The notes below the pieces were generated by a model. That model made no database searches, was not told where the DNA came from, and saw only the letters and a program-made list of their open reading frames with translations. Positions 9,140 through 17,770 of a DNA stretch of 64,000 bases are shown one piece after another; within the stretch, counting starts at the first letter, position 1, and every line of letters begins with the position of its first letter. This DNA comes from an uncultured Pelagibacteraceae bacterium. GTDB taxonomy: Bacteria; Pseudomonadota; Alphaproteobacteria; Pelagibacterales; Pelagibacteraceae. Where the stretch lies: NCBI GenBank assembly GCA_902622545.1, contig CACNQD010000004.1, positions 116,465 to 180,464 of the forward strand. The letters are read 5' to 3'. The position numbers were made by a program, and so were the translations under genes.

Positions 9140-10101
9140 AAAACTTTATTAAGAATGTTATTTGTTTCCATATCATATAGCTTATATAAATTTTCAGCAT
9201 CTTTTAACTCAATTTCTTTAAATTTTATTTTTGAGCCAGGAGGAATTTGTACCAGCTTGTCATAATCTGCACTTATAGTCATGCCAATCTTAGGATAACC
9301 TCCTATTGTCCCATGGTCAGACAATAGAATAATCGGTTGACCATCTGCAGGAACTTGTATTGTGCCCTTTACCAAACCCTCAGATTTAATATTTGTATCT
9401 TTAATATTATTTAATCTTGATCCATTTAATCTCATACCCATTCTATCTGTAAGTTTTGTTACTTCATAATTTTTTGAAAAAAAGTCTTTTGTTGACTGCT
9501 TAGAAAAATAATCAAAATTTGTTCCCTTAATTACTCTTATAAATTCAATCTTAGAATTTAAAATATTTAATTTTCTAAATGGTGAGTGATTTGGATTATT
9601 TAGCAAAATCTCTTGACCATCTTTTAACTTATCGCCATTATTAGGTCCCACTTTAGCTCTTGTTGTTGTAGAATAACTATTCCAAACTTTATCTAATTTA
9701 AAACCACCGTTTATTGAAAAATATCCATAAACAGACTTATTTGTTGATACAATATCTATGGTATCACCGTCATCTATCTCAATTGTTTTGTAACATTCGC
9801 CATTATTTTGAGTTTTATTATTTTTTAATATTTTAAAATTAACATTGCCAGTGATCACAATATTTCTTGACTCTCCAAAATATTTTAATTGTGGTCCTTG
9901 CAATGCAAATTCAATAACTGCATCATTTTTATCATTATTAATTAGTTTATTAGCAATTAAAAAATTTCTCCTATCCATTGCCCCGCTAAATGGTAAACCA
10001 ATATGGTAAAGGTTTTCTCTTCCATTATCTTGAAAAGTTGAGTTTAAACCTCCTCTTATTACTTTAAAATAATCATTTGTCATAAAATTTTGTAAATTCA
10101 T
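9136..10101 (-). CDS. pxpC: 5-oxoprolinase subunit C
   Basis: TFQDNGR, SGAMD, DRMGMRL, GTIQVPADGQPIILLSDHGTIGGYPKI. Confidence 0.9.
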   Translation of the reverse strand: MNLQNFMTNDYFKVIRGGLNSTFQDNGRENLYHIGLPFSGAMDRRNFLIANKLINNDKNDAVIEFALQGPQLKYFGESRNIVITGNVNFKILKNNKTQNNGECYKTIEIDDGDTIDIVSTNKSVYGYFSINGGFKLDKVWNSYSTTTRAKVGPNNGDKLKDGQEILLNNPNHSPFRKLNILNSKIEFIRVIKGTNFDYFSKQSTKDFFSKNYEVTKLTDRMGMRLNGSRLNNIKDTNIKSEGLVKGTIQVPADGQPIILLSDHGTIGGYPKIGMTISADYDKLVQIPPGSKIKFKEIELKDAENLYKLYDMETNNILNKVL

Positions 10102-10750
10102 TTTTTTTTATTTCATAAAATGTTATCTGGTCACCTGGGCTTATTAAATTTGGTTTTTTTTTATTTTTAGGATCAAAAATATTTAATGGGGTTTTACCGA
10201 TTATATTCCAGCCTCCTGGACTTTCGTAAGTATAAATATTGCAAAATTGTTCAGTTATACCAATTGAGCCTTTTGGAACTTTTACTCTAGGAGTTTCCAG
10301 TCTGTCTAGTTGGATCTTTTTATCTAAATCTCCCAAAAAAGGCATACCTGCTATAAATCCAGTCATATAACAAAAATAATTTTTATTTAAAAATAAATTT
10401 ATTATTTCATTTTTAGACTTTTGAAATTTTTTTTCAATTCTTTGTATATCTATAGAAAATTCTTCATCACAACACATTGGAATATTTATTTTTTGACCTA
10501 TATGTTTATTTTTAATGTTAAAACTCATGTTTAATATTTCTTGCTTTAAATAATCATAATTTGTTTCATTAAGGTCAAATGTAATTATCAATTTATTATA
10601 TGAAGGAGATAAATTAGTAACACCTTTTAAATTTTTATCTTTTAATATTTTAAAATATTTAATGACTTTTGAATTTATTTCTTGATTGACATCACTTCCA
10701 AAGTCACAATAGATCGCTGCGTCACCAAGATTTACTATATTTTTAATCAT
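10073..10750 (-). CDS. pxpB: 5-oxoprolinase subunit B
   Basis: LGDAA, PSYNKL, MTGFIAGMPFLG, RLETPR, SPGGWNIIG. Confidence 0.9.
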   Translation of the reverse strand: MIKNIVNLGDAAIYCDFGSDVNQEINSKVIKYFKILKDKNLKGVTNLSPSYNKLIITFDLNETNYDYLKQEILNMSFNIKNKHIGQKINIPMCCDEEFSIDIQRIEKKFQKSKNEIINLFLNKNYFCYMTGFIAGMPFLGDLDKKIQLDRLETPRVKVPKGSIGITEQFCNIYTYESPGGWNIIGKTPLNIFDPKNKKKPNLISPGDQITFYEIKKNEFTKFYDK

Positions 10751-10754
10751 ACAA

Positions 10755-10763
10755 TGTTATACT
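10755..10763 (+). promoter_or_regulatory. Extended -10 element (TGnTATACT) in the 27-bp pxpB/pxpA divergent gap
   Basis: TGTTATACT on +; overlapping TATAAC/TAACAT on -. Confidence 0.5.
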
Positions 10764-10777
10764 TCATGAAGATTTTT

Positions 10778-11551
10778 ATGGAAATTAATATTAATTGTGA
10801 TTTAGGTGAAAAATCTGAACATCATTCTACAAAGTACGACCCAGATTTACTTAAGATTGTTAACTCAGCAAATATTGCTTGTGGTTTTCATGCAGGTGAT
10901 GAAAAAACAATGAAAAATACAATAGAAATTTCAATACAAAATAATGTAAGTATAGGTGCACATCCCTCATTTAATGATCCCGAAAATTTTGGTAGGAAAA
11001 GACAAAACCTACCAGAAAATGAAATAAAAAAACTTATAATTGATCAATACGAAACACTACAAAGAATAGCCGAAAATCTTGGAACAAAGGTTACACATAT
11101 AAAACCCCATGGAGCCTTAAATAATATGGCATGTGAAGATTTAAATTTATCAAAAATATTAGCAGAAACTATTTATCATATTGATAAAAATTTAATTTAT
11201 TTAGTACCCACAGGATCAAAGATGGAAGAGGCAGCTAGAAAATTTGATATGAAAATAGCATGTGAAATATTTGCTGATAGAAATTATGAGGATGATGGCA
11301 ATCTGGTATCAAGAGTAAAGGAGAATGCAATCATACATGACCCAGAAAAATGTAAGAAACATGTTTTAGAAATGGTTAGAAACCAGTCTATCAACTGTAT
11401 GTCTGGAAAGAAAATTAAGTGTGAGATAGACTCTATTTGTATTCATGGTGATAATATTGAGTCACTTGAGACTGCAAAACAGGTTAAAAAAGTTCTTGAA
11501 GAAAATAATATTTACCTTAAACCATTAAATTACCTAAAAAAATTTTTATAA
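10778..11551 (+). CDS. pxpA: 5-oxoprolinase subunit A (LamB/YcsF)
   Basis: MEININCDLGE start at 10778 (the ORF-track start overlaps pxpB); SANIACGFHAGD, GAHPS, HIKPHGALNN, EIFADRNY, SICIHGD. Confidence 0.93.
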   Translation: MEININCDLGEKSEHHSTKYDPDLLKIVNSANIACGFHAGDEKTMKNTIEISIQNNVSIGAHPSFNDPENFGRKRQNLPENEIKKLIIDQYETLQRIAENLGTKVTHIKPHGALNNMACEDLNLSKILAETIYHIDKNLIYLVPTGSKMEEAARKFDMKIACEIFADRNYEDDGNLVSRVKENAIIHDPEKCKKHVLEMVRNQSINCMSGKKIKCEIDSICIHGDNIESLETAKQVKKVLEENNIYLKPLNYLKKFL

Positions 11552-11556
11552 TATTT

Positions 11557-12069
11557 ATGAAAAAATTTTTATTAATAATTTTAATTAGTTTTTACAGTTT
11601 GCATGCGTTTGCAGCTGGACCCTCTCCTACTGACAATAAAAGAAATACTACAGCGAGCACAGGTGTTAAAGCTGCAACTAAATTTGATATAGGGTTGAAA
11701 TGGGTATCTAAAGCAAAAAAATTTGAAAAAAAGAATAAATTATCTAAAGCTAAAAATGCGTATGAAAATGCAATCAAAAAACTCCTGGAAGCTAATTCAA
11801 AAAGTCCAAGCAATCCAGATATTTTGAATCTCTTGGGTTTTTCTCACAGAAAGATCGGGGATTATGAAAGTGCTGAAATATATTATTCGCTTGGTTTAGA
11901 AATTGATCCTGAACATATTGGTATTAATGAATACATGGGTGAATTATTTGTTGTGACTAATAGAATGGATGAAGCAAAAAAAAGGTTGGCAGTTCTAAAA
12001 AATTGTAATTGCAAAGAATACGATGAACTTAAGCAAGTGATTGAAGGAACTAAGCAATCTAAATATTAG
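11557..12069 (+). CDS. Exported tetratricopeptide-repeat protein
   Basis: Signal peptide (..HAFA); TPR-like NPDILNLLGFSHRKIGDYESAEIYY and LEIDPEHIGINEYMGELF. Confidence 0.8.
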   Translation: MKKFLLIILISFYSLHAFAAGPSPTDNKRNTTASTGVKAATKFDIGLKWVSKAKKFEKKNKLSKAKNAYENAIKKLLEANSKSPSNPDILNLLGFSHRKIGDYESAEIYYSLGLEIDPEHIGINEYMGELFVVTNRMDEAKKRLAVLKNCNCKEYDELKQVIEGTKQSKY

Positions 12070-13376
12070 TTAATATTTTTTATCATTTGATCTGGTAACC
12101 ACATTGCTATTTCGGGAAAAATAATCAAAATTAATGTTGCAAATATCATTAGCAAAAATAATGGAAAAGCACTCTTTGCAATAAAACCCATATCTTTACC
12201 AGCCATTCCTTGAAGTACAAACAAATTAAAACCAACGGGAGGTGTAATTTGTGCCATTTCAACTACTACTACAAGAAATATTCCAAACCAAATCATGTCA
12301 AAACCTGCTTGTCTAATCATAGGCTCTATTATTGCCATGGTAAGAACTACAGCTGATATTCCATCCAAAAACATTCCAAGAATAATATAAAATATCATCA
12401 GAACAAAAATTAGAATGTATGGTGAAAGTTCAAGACTATTTATCCATACTGCTAAATTTCTCGGTAAACCCGTAAAACCCATAGCCAGAGATAAAAAAGC
12501 TGAACCAGCTAATATAAATGAAATCATACATGAAGTAATTGTAGCCCCTAAAATTGATTTTTTAAAAGTACTCCAAGTTAAACTATTCTGAAAATAAGAC
12601 AGAATTAATGAACCTACTACACCAAGAGATGCCGCTTCTGTAGCAGTGGCAATGCCGGTATATATTGAACCAATCACAGAAATAATTAAAAGTATTACAG
12701 GAATTAATTGACTGGATTTTTTTATTTTTTCAATAAAGTTGTATTTTTTAGAAATAATTGGCATTTGTTTTTTGTTCAATAAAGACCAAAAAATAACATA
12801 GCTCATAAAAATTAAGGCAATCATTATTCCAGGTATAATTCCAGCTATAAATAATTTCGCTATAGACTCTTGAACTGTTACTCCATATATAATCAGAATA
12901 ATAGATGGAGGGATTAGTAACCCTAAAGTTCCTGAACCTGCCAAACTACCTAATAAAATTTTTTCAGGATAATTTCTTTTCCTTAATTCTGGGATTGACA
13001 TTTTTCCAACTGTTGCAACAGTAGCAGCAGATGAACCAGAGATTGCTGCAAATAAAGCACACCCAACAACATTGACATGTATTAAACCTCCGGGTAATTT
13101 TTGCATCCAAGGAGACAAACCCTCAAATAGATTTTCTGACAATTTTGTTCTAAATAATATTTCCCCCATCCATACAAATAATGGTAAAGCAGTTAAAGTC
13201 CATGAAGAAGACATCCCCCAAATAGTAGTTGCCATTGCATCTCCAACTGGTCGTGATGTGAATAAAGTCATTGCTATAGTGGAGACACCGATCATGCTCA
13301 ATGCAACCCAAATGCCGGTACTAAGAAATAATAGAAGAACAGAAATAAAAAATAAGCTTAGAAATATCTCAGTCAT
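12066..13376 (-). CDS. dctM: TRAP transporter large permease
   Basis: LPLFVWMGE, FAAISGSS, GTLGLLIPPS, ITPPVGFNLFV. Confidence 0.92.
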   Translation of the reverse strand: MTEIFLSLFFISVLLLFLSTGIWVALSMIGVSTIAMTLFTSRPVGDAMATTIWGMSSSWTLTALPLFVWMGEILFRTKLSENLFEGLSPWMQKLPGGLIHVNVVGCALFAAISGSSAATVATVGKMSIPELRKRNYPEKILLGSLAGSGTLGLLIPPSIILIIYGVTVQESIAKLFIAGIIPGIMIALIFMSYVIFWSLLNKKQMPIISKKYNFIEKIKKSSQLIPVILLIISVIGSIYTGIATATEAASLGVVGSLILSYFQNSLTWSTFKKSILGATITSCMISFILAGSAFLSLAMGFTGLPRNLAVWINSLELSPYILIFVLMIFYIILGMFLDGISAVVLTMAIIEPMIRQAGFDMIWFGIFLVVVVEMAQITPPVGFNLFVLQGMAGKDMGFIAKSAFPLFLLMIFATLILIIFPEIAMWLPDQMIKNIN

Positions 13377-13854
13377 TATTATAAAAATATTTTAACAAAT
13401 GATGAAACACGCATACAAAAAGTATTGTAGATCCAATTGCGAGGGGTGTTTGAGGAATCCATATTAGTATTTCGTCAGCACCTTCACTTCTTTCTTTAAA
13501 CTTGTATGAAATTACAAGCATTTTAGTGAAATAAAATGCAGTATAACCTGAAAAAATTGTTGCAACTAATAAACACCATATTTCAAATATTTTTCTTAAT
13601 TTTTTATTTAGTTTTTCTAAAAACAAAGTAATTCTTATATGTCCCCCTTCGCTAAATGTATATGAAAGAGCAAAAAATGTAGAAGCAGCCATACAATAAC
13701 CCGAATATTCAGACAAACCTCTAATATAAAAACCGAATATCCTTGAACAAACTCCTAACAAAATAAAAATTGCTATAAAAATTAAAAAAAAAGCAGCTAC
13801 ATACCCAGAAAATCTATAAATTTTTTCTAAGTAAAAATTGATTTTATTTAACAT
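13369..13854 (-). CDS. dctQ: TRAP transporter small permease
   Basis: Four TM segments; GGHIRITL motif; lies between dctP and dctM. Confidence 0.9.
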   Translation of the reverse strand: MLNKINFYLEKIYRFSGYVAAFFLIFIAIFILLGVCSRIFGFYIRGLSEYSGYCMAASTFFALSYTFSEGGHIRITLFLEKLNKKLRKIFEIWCLLVATIFSGYTAFYFTKMLVISYKFKERSEGADEILIWIPQTPLAIGSTILFVCVFHHLLKYFYNND

Positions 13855-13860
13855 ATGACT

Positions 13861-13888
13861 AAAGGCCGTTAATAAAGTAACGGCCTTT
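13861..13888. terminator. Perfect hairpin between dctP and dctQ (terminator or mRNA-stabilising stem)
   Basis: AAAGGCCGTTA-ATAAAG-TAACGGCCTTT, 11-bp stem. Confidence 0.8.
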
Positions 13889-13900
13889 ATAAAAGATTAT

Positions 13901-14869
13901 TTAATAAGCAGATAAAACTGACTCACCTCTGGCACCAGCTTTCTTGGTCCATTCAGATGCCATTTGAGATCCAACTTTTTCAAAATGCTGTTTTAAAGCC
14001 GAATTAACTTTACCAACACTCATACCTGCATTAGCTAATGCCTTCTTATCGTTTTTATTTCCCATTTTTGAAAGTTGCCAGCCTTTTCTTTCAGCAAGAG
14101 CTGCTTCCTTCATTATCAAGTCTTGAGTTTCTTTATCTAATTTATTCCAAGCCTTTTTATTAGCGATAATCATATTTTTTGGAAACCATGCTGCTATATC
14201 ATAAAAATATTTAACTCCATTTTCCCAGATCTTACTATTCTTTCCAGTTGTTGGTGAAGTAATCATACTTTCAACTGCGCCTGTAGAAAATGCTTGAGAT
14301 ATTTCTGCTGCTTCAATTTTAGTTGGAGCCATACCTGTAAGCTCAGCGATTCTAATTGTAGCACCATTATAAGCTCTAAACTTTAATCCTTTTAAATCTG
14401 CAACACTATTTATCTCTTTTTTAGAATATAAACCTTGAGCAGGCCAAGGCACTGCATATAAAAATACTAAACCTTTAGCATCTAAACTTTTTGCTATTTC
14501 AGCTTTTGATGCTTTGTATAATTTCATAGCATCCGTGTAAGATGTAGCTAAAAAAGGTAAAGAGTCGATTTCAAGTAACGGATCTTCTTTACCTAATGCC
14601 GACATAAATCTCTCACCAATAGGGGCTTGTCCTGTTCTTACTGCTCTAAAAATTTCTCCACCTTTGAATAATGATCCACCTGGGTGTGTAACTATAGTTA
14701 GTTTACCACCACTTTTTTCAGTTACATTTTTTGCAAATTCCGTTGCATTTGCAGAATGAAAATTACCTGCACCATAAGCTAATGCCATATCCCATTTTTC
14801 AGCATATGATACATTTGAAAGTAAAAGCAGTGATGTTAATATTGAAATAAAATATTTTATTGCTCTCAT
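13901..14869 (-). CDS. dctP: TRAP substrate-binding protein, DctP6/DctP7-like (pyroglutamate-binding) subfamily
   Basis: Signal peptide; KWDM.AY, GSLFKG.EI.RAV, DSLPFLAT, WPAQG, LKFRAY, AWFPKN, AERKGW. Confidence 0.85.
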   Translation of the reverse strand: MRAIKYFISILTSLLLLSNVSYAEKWDMALAYGAGNFHSANATEFAKNVTEKSGGKLTIVTHPGGSLFKGGEIFRAVRTGQAPIGERFMSALGKEDPLLEIDSLPFLATSYTDAMKLYKASKAEIAKSLDAKGLVFLYAVPWPAQGLYSKKEINSVADLKGLKFRAYNGATIRIAELTGMAPTKIEAAEISQAFSTGAVESMITSPTTGKNSKIWENGVKYFYDIAAWFPKNMIIANKKAWNKLDKETQDLIMKEAALAERKGWQLSKMGNKNDKKALANAGMSVGKVNSALKQHFEKVGSQMASEWTKKAGARGESVLSAY

Positions 14870-14984
14870 TTCACCTCCTCTTTTTAAAAATATATTTGAT
14901 TATTTATTTAATGTTAAATCAACAGAAAAATTAACTACTTTTAATTGAAAAATCCTAATAATCATTTAATATCTTTGAATTCTA

Positions 14985-15611
14985 ATGGAGCAATCACTAT
15001 TTTTTGAGCAATCTTTAATTCTTCTACAAATAATATTCATTGATATTATTTTGGCTGCAGATAACGCAATAATAATTGGCTTAATAGCTGCTAACTTTGT
15101 TCCAAAACATAGAAGACAAATTATACTTTGGGGTGTAGCAGGTGCATTAATTTTTAAAGTTATTTTTGCAATTTTTGCTACTTATTTATTTAAGTTTTAT
15201 TTTATTAAAATTTTAGGTGGGTTACTATTAATTTGGATAGTTTATGATTTAAGAAAAGACTTATTTGAAATCAAGAAAGTAAAATCACCAACAAAAGTTT
15301 CTAAAGAGCCTTCATATATACAAAGTGTTTATAAAGTTTTATTTGCAGATATAACAATTAGTTTTGATAATGTTATTGGTGTTGTTGGAGCTTCCAAAGG
15401 TTATTTTGGTTTTATGATTTTTGGTTTAGTTTTGTCAGTTATTTTAACCGGGGCCCTTGCAACTTATCTTGCAAACTATATTCAAAAACATTTATGGATT
15501 GCTTATATAGGTTTAGCATTTATTTTACTTGTTGCTATTCAATTAATAATAGGTGGATTAGTGGACTTAGAAATTTTACGAGTAAATGAACAATTTAAGA
15601 AATATTTTTAA
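14985..15611 (+). CDS. TerC/YjbE family membrane protein
   Basis: IDIILAADNAIII, KILGGLLLIW, ADITISFDNVIGV. Confidence 0.85.
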   Translation: MEQSLFFEQSLILLQIIFIDIILAADNAIIIGLIAANFVPKHRRQIILWGVAGALIFKVIFAIFATYLFKFYFIKILGGLLLIWIVYDLRKDLFEIKKVKSPTKVSKEPSYIQSVYKVLFADITISFDNVIGVVGASKGYFGFMIFGLVLSVILTGALATYLANYIQKHLWIAYIGLAFILLVAIQLIIGGLVDLEILRVNEQFKKYF

Positions 15612-15620
15612 TTATTAAAT

Positions 15621-16313
15621 ATGAAAAAGTTTTTAATAATTGTTTTGTTTATTTTTTCAACACAGTTAGTGCAAAGTCAAGAATGTAATTTAAATCCAGA
15701 GCGAGGAAGTAAAAATTATATTATTGGCTATGGATCTTTAATGGATAAAGAGTCGAGAATTAGAACAAATAAATCGGCTTTTATAGTAAAACCTATTTTA
15801 ATTAAAGGTTTTGAGAGAACTTGGGGCCTTCAGGGGAGAATGTACAAAATTACTTTTTTAACTATCATTAAAAAAGAAAACTCATCTGTTAATGCAGTTT
15901 ATTACCCAGTTTCTATAAAGGACTTGAATAAGACCGATAGGAGAGAGAGCGGATATTGTAGAGTAAAAGTTGAAGGTAAAGACTTAAGTTTCTATGGAAA
16001 AAAAATTAAAACTAAAAATAAAAACTTTTGGGTTTATGCAGCTAATCCTGAAAAAATAAAAAAACCAAGTAAAAGTCATCCGATTGTTCAATCATATGTC
16101 GATTTATTTATAGGTGGTTGTTTTCAGATTAAGGAGAGATATAAAATCAATGAATTTCCAAAACAGTGTGTAGAGACAACTACTGAATGGTCAAAGCACT
16201 GGGTAAATGACAGAGTTCATGCTAGAAGACCATTCCTAATACCAAATTTTTATAAGATAGATAAACTTTTATCAAATTTCTTTGATTACTATTTGGATAA
16301 TAAATACCAATAA
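15621..16313 (+). CDS. Gamma-glutamylcyclotransferase (GGCT/ChaC-like) with N-terminal signal peptide
   Basis: YIIGYGSLM loop and DRRESGY (catalytic Glu position); N-terminus MKKFLIIVLFIFSTQLVQS. Confidence 0.75.
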   Translation: MKKFLIIVLFIFSTQLVQSQECNLNPERGSKNYIIGYGSLMDKESRIRTNKSAFIVKPILIKGFERTWGLQGRMYKITFLTIIKKENSSVNAVYYPVSIKDLNKTDRRESGYCRVKVEGKDLSFYGKKIKTKNKNFWVYAANPEKIKKPSKSHPIVQSYVDLFIGGCFQIKERYKINEFPKQCVETTTEWSKHWVNDRVHARRPFLIPNFYKIDKLLSNFFDYYLDNKYQ

Positions 16314-16949
16314 TCACATTTTATACTCAAAATTTTGTGAGGTTTCATTAACTCCAATCTCAATAGCTCCGTTACTTAAATGAAATTTTCTAGCCATATC
16401 AGTAAGTGGTGAGAGTGTTACCAATCTATTTAAATGATTTGTTTTTTTTATTTTTTTGAAAACTTCTTTTACAATTAATCTTCCACCACCTCTTTTTTTT
16501 GACCAAACAGTGTATGCAATAGCAATTTGGCCTACTTTAAAATCTCTATTAATACTTTGTAGATAGGCATCTTTGCTCATCATATCTAATTCTTCTACAG
16601 TTTTTGGAATGCTATTTGTAAATGCAAAGCACATCACTGCATGTATCTCGTCTTGATACTTCACACCATATATTTTCCTTCCAAAACTTGTTCTAAAATC
16701 ATTGTCTAGTTCTGGTCGTACTGGATCCTCAGTAGTATTACAGTTTGGCAACTCTATAATTTCAGCACCTTTTACCCAGTCAAAGAAATTTTTTACAGAT
16801 TTTCCAATATCAATTTTTTTACCCTTAATGGAAGTATTAAATTTTTTTGATATTAGCTCTTTATTTTTTGTAATTGATCGCTTAAATATTTTGCTTTTTC
16901 TTTTTAAAGCGACTTTTATTTTTCTATTTAGTGGTTTTTTTTTAGTCAT
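16314..16949 (-). CDS. Hypothetical protein with a minimal malonyl-CoA-decarboxylase/GNAT-like domain
   Basis: IAYTVWS, GGGRLIVKEV, LVTLSP, ARKFHLSNGA; basic low-complexity N-terminus. Confidence 0.55.
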   Translation of the reverse strand: MTKKKPLNRKIKVALKRKSKIFKRSITKNKELISKKFNTSIKGKKIDIGKSVKNFFDWVKGAEIIELPNCNTTEDPVRPELDNDFRTSFGRKIYGVKYQDEIHAVMCFAFTNSIPKTVEELDMMSKDAYLQSINRDFKVGQIAIAYTVWSKKRGGGRLIVKEVFKKIKKTNHLNRLVTLSPLTDMARKFHLSNGAIEIGVNETSQNFEYKM

Positions 16950-16975
16950 TTATTAAATTTATAAACTAAATTATT

Positions 16976-17752
16976 TTAATTAGATTGTGACTTATTTAAC
17001 CTTTTTATTATTCTATTAGATGTTTTTTCAAGTAATCTATAAAAACCAGCTTTTCGTAAATCCTTAACAGCCTGCTCATTTAAGCCACCGGGTGTTTGTG
17101 ATACTTTGACTAGTCTTTTTAGATTTTTTTTATGATTAAAAGCATCTTCAGATAAAGCAAGGAATAGGGATGATATATATTTTTGTGCATTTTCTTTTTT
17201 TATTCCTCTATTAACTAACCAATTAGATAAAGAGTATAAAATTTCATAAAAAGGGGCCATCATTGCAGAGGTAGTCCAAAAATTTAGTGACAATTTCTCA
17301 TTGCTAATTTCAACTGTAGATCCTAATTTATCAAAAAACTTTTTAACCTTATTGTTTGGTGGATAGATTGGTACTGGTCCTTTGCATAACGCAATTGGTG
17401 GTAAAGGTATTGCTCTAACAATATTTGATTTTAATCCTGTAATTTTTTTTAATTGAGTTAAATTAATTGTTGAAATAAAACTAATTATCATCTTATTTTT
17501 ATTAAATTTTAAATTTTTTAAAATTTTGTTTCCCACAGCTGGTGTTACCGCAAGAAAAATCCATTCAGATTTATTAATAATATCTTGATTATCTTTAATT
17601 ATTTTAATTTTTTTACTCTTAAATTTTAAAATTCTTGAAATTTTTTTATTTCTTTCAGATACAAATATTTTTGAAATTTGTAATTTCGAGTTAATTATAC
17701 CTGTTATAACTGCTTTTGTTATTTGACCCGTTCCTATAAAACCTAATTTCAT
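16976..17752 (-). CDS. proC: Pyrroline-5-carboxylate reductase
   Basis: GFIGTGQIT; VSQTPGGLNEQA. Confidence 0.85.
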   Translation of the reverse strand: MKLGFIGTGQITKAVITGIINSKLQISKIFVSERNKKISRILKFKSKKIKIIKDNQDIINKSEWIFLAVTPAVGNKILKNLKFNKNKMIISFISTINLTQLKKITGLKSNIVRAIPLPPIALCKGPVPIYPPNNKVKKFFDKLGSTVEISNEKLSLNFWTTSAMMAPFYEILYSLSNWLVNRGIKKENAQKYISSLFLALSEDAFNHKKNLKRLVKVSQTPGGLNEQAVKDLRKAGFYRLLEKTSNRIIKRLNKSQSN

Positions 17753-17770
17753 AATAAATTAATATAGTTG

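Noticed and set aside
10682-10777. N-terminal extension of pxpA in the ORF track
   Set aside because: Overlaps pxpB on the other strand; family similarity begins at MEININCDLGE.
14986-15013. Short repeat GAGCAATC x2 (EQSL-FF-EQSL) at the TerC start
   Set aside because: Only 8 bp, in frame; too short to separate from chance or a micro-duplication.
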